64,000 bases of DNA from Roseibacillus sp. (GTDB lineage Bacteria; Verrucomicrobiota; Verrucomicrobiia; Verrucomicrobiales; Akkermansiaceae). Below the pieces are notes generated by a model. The model had not been told where the DNA came from, searched no databases, and saw nothing but the letters and a program-made list of their open reading frames with translations. Made by a program: the position numbers and the translations under genes. Shown here piece after piece: positions 56,603 through 64,000 of this stretch (its first letter is position 1; every line of letters begins with the position of its first letter). The stretch spans positions 672,001 to 736,000 of the forward strand of contig JBPOGI010000001.1 of NCBI GenBank assembly GCA_051251855.1, in the 5' to 3' direction.

Positions 56603-58807
56603 CTATCGTGCGAGTTGAGATCTGAGCCCTGTTAGGATGGCGTCAGTGGAGGCGAAGGTTTTTATTTTCTCTCCGTTTTTCAGCAAGACTGCCGCATTGT
56701 TTCCTGCTGATGGGAGGTCCTTCAAAATTGAATTTTGGAGGATGGTGTTAATGCTATCAAACTCAGGTTGAGCGAGAGCGAGACGGAGAGATTGGTTACC
56801 CTTTTGAGCTTCCGCGACGACTAGAACGTAACCACCCAGGTTATTGAGGCCGGCTAGAAGGTAATCTGTGTGAACGACGGGAGCTCTTTTGAGCCCGGCT
56901 TCAAGCAGTGGAGTCTGGGCTTCGATTGCACTCGCGAGCTTGGGGTGTTGATGGCCCATGTTGGACATCTTTCTAAGGACTCCGTGGGCTATACCCCAAG
57001 TTGAAGGCCCGAAAATCATGTCCTTACTGTAAACTGGGAAGGTTAAGGGGTGGTTTTCGATGTTTGCCTCCACTAGATAGTTCTCTTTATCGAGGAAGTC
57101 GTCGAGGAGTATGGTTGTCAGGTTGAGAGAGACTTCAAGGAGCTGTTCTCTCCAAGTGACGCGATACCATTCTAAAAGAGCTTCAATAGTGACGGCGTAG
57201 TCATTTGCAAAGGCTTGGACCGTTCTTAAATCCCCTCTGGCAGGCACTCGAATGAGTCGTCCCTCGCTATCGACAAATTCGGTCAAAATTTCTTCCCCAA
57301 GACGATTGAGAGATTGAAGCGTTGACGGGCTAGGGGAGGCGGCATGGGCGCGGACGAGGGAGGTTAAGAGTCGCGCTTTGGGAGCAAGGATAGGCAGTTC
57401 TTCGGTTAAAAGAGCGTTGCTTGTTGTGAGGATTTCATTCCTACGCGCGCTGATCTTTTCGATGGCACTCGCTAAGAGCTTTTCGACCTCAGGTTCGTTT
57501 TTGCCGACTTTTTGCGCCAGGTCGGAACCGAAGAGTGCTAAGCCTAGGGTGTTGCGGCGGAAATAGAGTCGGCGTGGGTCATCAGAACTGGGGACGTTTC
57601 CAAGCCCTTTGAGGCCAAAGGCTGCTTTGGCTACGGCCATTTCGTCTTTGCTGAGAAGGTCCTCGACAGCGCTCGTGCTCCAGAAGTAGGCGAGTTCGTT
57701 CGTCTCGCCGGGGTAAAGAGCGGTCGATTGAATGGGGTTCTGTTCTAAGGCCTCAAGCATGTAGGCGATGGCTCTTTTGGATGCTGGAGTCGATGGACTA
57801 CTAGACATTGCGGAAAGCATTTCGGCCTGGGTTTTCAGAGTCTTGCTGAGAGCCGGGACAGAGAAGGACCGACTATTGCGACGGGTGAAAAAATAGCCGT
57901 CCAAGGGATCCCGAATGGCGGATTTGACGAGAAGATCGATCGATTCTTTACTCGCCTTTCGGGCGTCTTTTCGAAGGCGACTTGGAGCCGCCGGATGCGC
58001 GCTGATACGAGCTAGGCTGGTGATCAAGTTGCCGGGTGGGATTCCTCCCGTGTTGTCAAAAGTCTTGTCGATAGAGTCGTAGAGATCGCTGAGCGACTGG
58101 GCGGTGATGAAGAGGTCGTTCCTAGCAACTTGTTTGCTCCCTTCCTTCTCACCGAGAGAAAGCGAGGATTTGATACGCCCTCGTCGTCCCTCGTTGTCGT
58201 ATCGGCTGTTTTCGATGACATAGCGGGAAGATTTTTCGAGGATAGCCTCGACGGTGTTTTGAGCTCTACGGAAACCAAGGAGGAGGTTTTCTTCGTCTAC
58301 GCTAGAAACGGGAATCCATGCAACAGGGTTCCCCTCATGGCTGAGCCACATGAGAAAAGGAAAGGCGATTGATTCGCGACGCTCATTGGAGAGCATGTTG
58401 CAGGCGAGAGCAAGGGCTGGATCGAGCTCGGTATCGGCCAAGACCGGAACGTATTTTTCGTTGATCTCGGTTGTGAACTTGGACTCGAGTAACTGAGCCA
58501 GACTCTGAGACTTGGAGTGAGTCGTTGAGCCAACAAAGACAAAAATGAGTCGCTGGGAGCGCTCCGCGAGATCGAGAATTTCAGGGGTCCACGGTTGCCA
58601 GTGAATGGGAGAGGTTGATTGATTTCGGAGGAAGTTAGAAGGCTCCGTCGCAAGTCGGTTGATGCCAAGCTCAGGGATGTTTTCAGGAGGAGTTGAGAAG
58701 AATTCAGTGTTTTCCTGAACTTTTTGTTCTCCATCTTCATTTTTTGTCCGACATGCGGTCAAAGAGCAAAGAATGAGAAGGAGAAAGAGAACCTTAAGAT
58801 TTTGCAC
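56603..58807 (-). CDS. DUF255/YyaL (SPATA20-like) thioredoxin-domain lipoprotein, degenerate active site
   Basis: Lipobox LTAC; NRLATEPSNFLRNQSTSPIHWQPW resembles the YyaL N-terminus; no CxxC. Confidence 0.75.
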   Translation of the reverse strand: MQNLKVLFLLLILCSLTACRTKNEDGEQKVQENTEFFSTPPENIPELGINRLATEPSNFLRNQSTSPIHWQPWTPEILDLAERSQRLIFVFVGSTTHSKSQSLAQLLESKFTTEINEKYVPVLADTELDPALALACNMLSNERRESIAFPFLMWLSHEGNPVAWIPVSSVDEENLLLGFRRAQNTVEAILEKSSRYVIENSRYDNEGRRGRIKSSLSLGEKEGSKQVARNDLFITAQSLSDLYDSIDKTFDNTGGIPPGNLITSLARISAHPAAPSRLRKDARKASKESIDLLVKSAIRDPLDGYFFTRRNSRSFSVPALSKTLKTQAEMLSAMSSSPSTPASKRAIAYMLEALEQNPIQSTALYPGETNELAYFWSTSAVEDLLSKDEMAVAKAAFGLKGLGNVPSSDDPRRLYFRRNTLGLALFGSDLAQKVGKNEPEVEKLLASAIEKISARRNEILTTSNALLTEELPILAPKARLLTSLVRAHAASPSPSTLQSLNRLGEEILTEFVDSEGRLIRVPARGDLRTVQAFANDYAVTIEALLEWYRVTWREQLLEVSLNLTTILLDDFLDKENYLVEANIENHPLTFPVYSKDMIFGPSTWGIAHGVLRKMSNMGHQHPKLASAIEAQTPLLEAGLKRAPVVHTDYLLAGLNNLGGYVLVVAEAQKGNQSLRLALAQPEFDSINTILQNSILKDLPSAGNNAAVLLKNGEKIKTFASTDAILTGLRSQLAR

Positions 58808-58921
58808 TCTTTATTGATGGCAAGTGGGCAGATGGTTGTCAACGGCATCTCATTGGGCAGGTATTGGGTAAGAAAAGACTTTTGCGAAGTGCCAAGGTGC
58901 ACAATCATCTCAACAGAAACA

Positions 58922-59701
58922 GTGATTACTATTGCGGTATCGAGTCAAAAAGGGGGGGTAGGAAAGACCACCCTCTCAATTAACCTTGCTCATTCCTTCG
59001 CTAGGAACGGGCGCAAGACTTTGTTGGTTGATGCCGACCCGCAAGGATCGGTGGGACTCTCGCTCACTCGGCAATCGAGAGTTCTCCCTGGATTTTATGA
59101 TCTGATGGCGGATCCAGTATATCCCATCGAACGCCTTATTGTGCCTACTCGTCTGGACACATTAAGCCTCGTGGCGGCTGGCCAGACGAGCGATTATGAG
59201 CTGGGAGGCGGAGAGATGGGGGTGACTCTTCATCGAGTGCGAGAGTTTTTACGCAGTGTGGAGGCACGGGGCTTCGAGGTCTGTATCATCGATACGGCGG
59301 CGGGACTCTTTGGGGCGACAGCCGATGTTCTTTCGGCTTCTTCGGCGGTCATTATTCCTCAGCAGGCGGAGCCGCTGGGAATACGGTCGGTGCCCAAACT
59401 GATGTCGGTGCTTGCCCGCATGCGCGTTGTGAACCCGCAGCTATCAGTGCTGGGACTCATCCTGACGATGATGCAGCCTGGTTTGGCCGAGAGCCGAGAA
59501 GCAGCTCAGGCTTTGAAAGATATTCTTCCCTCGGAACTTTTGTTCCAGACCATGATTCCACGTGATGACCTCTTTATTCGGGCAAGTGCTCGAGGGCTCC
59601 CAATCGGTGCTATGGAGAATGGAGCGGGTGCGATGGCAGTCTTTGACCGTGTCCGAATGGAAGTGGAGGCGAAGTTAACTGCTATGGCGCAGCAAAGATG
59701 A
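58922..59701 (+). CDS. ParA/Soj family ATPase
   Basis: SQKGGVGKTT deviant Walker A, LLVDADPQG, IIDT; start reassigned to the GTG at 58922. Confidence 0.92.
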   Translation: MITIAVSSQKGGVGKTTLSINLAHSFARNGRKTLLVDADPQGSVGLSLTRQSRVLPGFYDLMADPVYPIERLIVPTRLDTLSLVAAGQTSDYELGGGEMGVTLHRVREFLRSVEARGFEVCIIDTAAGLFGATADVLSASSAVIIPQQAEPLGIRSVPKLMSVLARMRVVNPQLSVLGLILTMMQPGLAESREAAQALKDILPSELLFQTMIPRDDLFIRASARGLPIGAMENGAGAMAVFDRVRMEVEAKLTAMAQQR

Positions 59702-60657
59702 GTGATGTGATTTCAGCATGGGTGGACCAGGATGAGATGCGGCGGTTGGCCGAGTCTCTTCTTTCCCGTCCCTATGGGCATGAGTTCAATCGCTTGGAGG
59801 TCGATTTTGGAAGCCAGTTCGAAGGTTTTGCTAGTGGAGTTTCTTCTGCTCCCGAACTTCCACCTACGGCTTCAGAAAAAATCGATGACCAGCCTGCTGT
59901 GAGGTCTCCCGAGCCCGAAGATGTCGAGGCCAGATCTTCGGCAACTTCCCCACCAGGACAAGCGCCTTCGGTCGTTCGTTCTGCGGTCCAGTTTCTGAAA
60001 AAAGCGCAAGCTGAGGGGCGCGCAGGGGGAGTGATGAGAGAGTCAAAGGAAGCTCCTCCTCTTCCTACCTCTCCACCTTCACAAAATGCGGAGGTGAACT
60101 ATTCCGAGCCCGCTAGGCCTGAGCCGAGACCCATCCATTCTCCCTTCCGTAGAGTGCGCGAAGTGGAAGCAGAAGCAGAAGCACCTGATCAGATGGTACA
60201 AGAGGTTGCCCAAGAAGAGCCACAGACTGCGGCCGCCAAGACGCCTGTAAGCCGGATCAAACGTCCTCCGGTTCCCTCGGCAGAGGAGCCCATTCTTGCG
60301 CGGGTGACCCATTTTGGGAAATGGTTAAAGGGGCCGGTGGGAGCGCGTAATTATTTTGTCTCTAACATCGAGGGGAAAATTCTCATCGATGAAGTTGCGA
60401 ATCCGAAGCTTATCCAAGTGGCTCGTTCGCTGGCGGGAGCGTCAGGAGCCAGTGATGGCGAGGTAGGAAGTCTGCATGTAAGGATCGGGGAAGAGTCGAT
60501 TTTGGAAGTAGTTCCAACCCCTTCGCAGTTTGGAACTTTGATTCTGGGACTGATTGTGGAGCACCCACTGCCAGAAGAGTTGATCCGAGAAATCCGTCTT
60601 GGCTTGGAGGAAGTCGCCAATGCCCGCTTAATCAAGACTCAGTCCAAGGAAGGCTAG
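59698..60657 (+). CDS. Hypothetical protein: Pro/Glu-rich linker plus Roadblock/longin-like C-terminal domain
   Basis: ATGA overlap with parA; low-complexity middle; C-terminal helix-beta-beta-helix-beta-beta-beta-helix pattern. Confidence 0.65.
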   Translation: MSDVISAWVDQDEMRRLAESLLSRPYGHEFNRLEVDFGSQFEGFASGVSSAPELPPTASEKIDDQPAVRSPEPEDVEARSSATSPPGQAPSVVRSAVQFLKKAQAEGRAGGVMRESKEAPPLPTSPPSQNAEVNYSEPARPEPRPIHSPFRRVREVEAEAEAPDQMVQEVAQEEPQTAAAKTPVSRIKRPPVPSAEEPILARVTHFGKWLKGPVGARNYFVSNIEGKILIDEVANPKLIQVARSLAGASGASDGEVGSLHVRIGEESILEVVPTPSQFGTLILGLIVEHPLPEELIREIRLGLEEVANARLIKTQSKEG

Positions 60658-60664
60658 GAGTTGC

Positions 60665-61546
60665 CTATTTGGCGAAAAACTCTTCGAGCTTCACTTTGAG
60701 AAGTTCGCGTTTGGTCGAAGGGCGAGAGGTGAGCCGTTGGAAGCGCTCGTCTTTGAAAAGCGCTTGGAAATTACAGTCCTTACAGAGGGCGCGAAGGTCG
60801 TCGCCGGTGAGGGTGACGGAGTTGATCTCAGGGACTTTGAGCACCTCTTGATTAGACTCTTCTTTGAGGGCTTGGGCGAGGTCCGCCTTGTCGCCAGAAA
60901 TAATGATGAGCTTGGCCAAGTTCAATCGAGAGCGGTAGTCGGCGGTATTGAGAAGGTCGATGTTCTCATGCCAAGTCGCGATCGGAGAATCATCGAGCCA
61001 TTGCTTGGCTTGAACGATGAGAGGGGTTTCGCCTGCTTTCTCGGCTCCCTCTGAGACATAGGTCTGGAGGTATTCTAGCTCGGCATTGGTGCCGAAGTAG
61101 CGGAGGGCTGTGATAGCGCCGTAAAGAGCGAGCGCGCCGATCAGAAGTCCAAAAATGGGAGCTAAAGGATTGCGGCTGGTTTTCCCTCCTGAGCCTCCTT
61201 CGTCGCTGCTTTCCGACTTTGCTTTGGGAGCCTTTTTCCTTTTTTTCGATTTGCCTGAAAAGACCCCAAGAAAGATTTGAATGATGACCATCGCCAAAAG
61301 GGCACAGACCCCGCCAGCGACTAAGGGCATCCAGCCAACGGCCTCTGGAACAAAATTTTGGATATAGGGAGGGGATTGCAGAAAGCCGAAAAGGAAGGCG
61401 GCTGAGGCGACTGAGAGAGAAATCAGGGTGATGATGGTCTTGATGATACCCTTGACGATGGAGATGAGTGCGAAAAGGAGCACGATCGCAACCATTGCGA
61501 TAGTGAGCGCAGTTTGATCGAGAGGGATTTTATCGAGAAAGTCCAT
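60665..61546 (-). CDS. CvpA-like membrane protein
   Basis: Four N-terminal TM helices with KGIIK; FGLLIG; soluble C-terminus. Confidence 0.6.
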   Translation of the reverse strand: MDFLDKIPLDQTALTIAMVAIVLLFALISIVKGIIKTIITLISLSVASAAFLFGFLQSPPYIQNFVPEAVGWMPLVAGGVCALLAMVIIQIFLGVFSGKSKKRKKAPKAKSESSDEGGSGGKTSRNPLAPIFGLLIGALALYGAITALRYFGTNAELEYLQTYVSEGAEKAGETPLIVQAKQWLDDSPIATWHENIDLLNTADYRSRLNLAKLIIISGDKADLAQALKEESNQEVLKVPEINSVTLTGDDLRALCKDCNFQALFKDERFQRLTSRPSTKRELLKVKLEEFFAK

Positions 61547-61697
61547 GGGGGAACCTTAGCGCGATTTCGAGCGAGAGAAATAGGAAAGGGAGTTCGTATC
61601 GAGGTGGATGGGAATTCTCGATGTAGCCGAGTTGATGATAACTCGGACGGGGAATACCGCCTCTTCACCAACCCAGCCCGAAGTGTCACCACTCCGG

Positions 61698-62783
<1,086 letters not shown>

Positions 62784-62889
62784 GGGCAGAGTCTAACGAG
62801 AGCGCAAGGATTGGAAAGTCCCTTTCGTTCCTTGAGTGCCAGTAAAGAATTTACCGCTCTAATGGAGGGTGGGTGGCGTTGTAGTATTC

Positions 62890-63555
62890 ATGATGGTTCT
62901 TTTTCCTTCTTCGAGGGGCTCACGAGTTCGGGCGGCTGGTTTGATTCTAGTTTTTATCTCGATGGCTATTTGGAGCTGCGGCTGGGCGGTGGCGGGCAAG
63001 ATTCGCTATGAGCCGGTGGAAGGAGATGTTCTTTTTCAATCATTGCCTAATGGTCCAGGGCTGGATGTGGTCGATGCTATCGAGGGAGCGACGGAGAGCC
63101 CTTACTCGCATTGTGGGGTGGTGGTGAACAAGAAGGGGAAGTGGTATGTGCTGGAGGCTATGGTGCCGACTGTTCAGGAAGTTCCTTACGAACGATGGAT
63201 CAAGAGGAGCCAAGGAAAGTTTGCTGCTTACCGATTGAAAGAGCACTGGAGGATCATGATTCCAGCTTGGATTAAGGAGATGCGCCGCAAAATGGGGAAG
63301 CCTTATGATTTTCGTTATCGTATGGAGGATGACGAGATTTATTGTTCGGAGTTGCCTTTCGATGCTTGGAAGAAGCTGACGGGTGCGGATATGGGAAAGA
63401 TTGTGAAGTTGGGTGATTTGAAGTGGCAAAAATATCGTCAGGTGATTCTCGATATTGAGGGTTCAGAGAAGGTTCCGGTCGAACGTGAAATGATCACGCC
63501 TCGTGATTTGGCGGCAGCCGAGCAGTTGGAGCTGGTTCTGAAGAATGGGCTATGA
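62890..63555 (+). CDS. YiiX/YebB-like permuted papain-like (NlpC/P60) enzyme
   Basis: EGDVLFQS, SPYSHCGVV, GKPYDF, YCSEL, ITPRDL; start uncertain. Confidence 0.88.
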   Translation: MMVLFPSSRGSRVRAAGLILVFISMAIWSCGWAVAGKIRYEPVEGDVLFQSLPNGPGLDVVDAIEGATESPYSHCGVVVNKKGKWYVLEAMVPTVQEVPYERWIKRSQGKFAAYRLKEHWRIMIPAWIKEMRRKMGKPYDFRYRMEDDEIYCSELPFDAWKKLTGADMGKIVKLGDLKWQKYRQVILDIEGSEKVPVEREMITPRDLAAAEQLELVLKNGL

Positions 63556-63605
63556 ATGCCATCACGGTTGCTTATTGATGGCGTCTTGTGTAAGGCCTCT
63601 TGCCT

Positions 63606-64000
63606 ATGAGTGATTTGCCGAAGATGTCTGCCATTCTGTTGCTGGGGGCTCCCGGGGCAGGCAAGGGAACGTTGGGAAAGACCTTGGGTGCTATTCCGCG
63701 TTTTTTCCATTGTGCGTGTGGCGATGTCTTTCGGTCTTTGGATACACGGACGCCGATTGGTCAAGAGTTCGTGCGCCACTCCTCATCGGGCGAGTTGGTT
63801 CCGGACGAGTTGACGGTGAAGCTGTGGGAAACTCAGATGAGAAACTGGGCAGACACCCACACTTATAAGCCTGATATCGATCTTTTGATTCTGGATGGTA
63901 TTCCGCGCAACGTGCGTCAGGCAGAGATTATGCGGGACCATCTGATTATTCATCAAGTGATCCATCTCTCGTGCCCCGACCGAAACGAACTAGCGCGTCG
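63606..64000 (+). CDS. adk: Adenylate kinase family protein, 3' truncated by the window end
   Basis: Manual translation: LLLGAPGAGKGT, GDVFR, GELVPDE, ILDGIPRN; absent from the ORF track because there is no stop in the window. Confidence 0.85.
   Translation, partial: MSDLPKMSAILLLGAPGAGKGTLGKTLGAIPRFFHCACGDVFRSLDTRTPIGQEFVRHSSSGELVPDELTVKLWETQMRNWADTHTYKPDIDLLILDGIPRNVRQAEIMRDHLIIHQVIHLSCPDRNELAR

Noticed and set aside
61627..61646. CCGAGTT-N6-AACTCGG hairpin after aroC as an ncRNA or terminator
   Set aside because: Single 7-bp stem with no U-tract; insufficient evidence

Overview
Bacterial chromosomal window, most likely from a Verrucomicrobiales-type (PVC) organism. This is inferred from two PEP-CTERM proteins, an exosortase-associated protein, an SHD1 protein, a sulfatase and GntR/LacI-hybrid and PAS-AraC regulators. 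It is mostly shuffled housekeeping genes: htpG, photolyase, rpoA-rplQ, bioB, prfB with a +1 programmed frameshift, cobB, recO-ogt, gcvT-gcvH, serA, bamA, lptF/G, miaA, leuB, tsaD, aroC and a partial adk. There is also a 6S RNA. Three accessory regions stand out. (1) 28.5-30.9 kb is an array of four orphan genes separated by ~130-bp attC-like repeats, with no integrase in the window (CALIN-like); each repeat carries a conserved internal TTGAC promoter-like motif. (2) 37.8-45.7 kb is an uncharacterised sugar-catabolic operon. (3) 45.8-54.1 kb is a secreted-protein locus with an apparently unnamed ~190-aa domain in three copies. Other oddities are a GcvT that appears to lack key catalytic residues, a stand-alone AP2-like protein coupled to photolyase, a detached rpoA-rplQ with a structured leader, and an orphan ParA with a Roadblock-like partner. 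All family assignments come from motif recognition by eye; no database searches were run.
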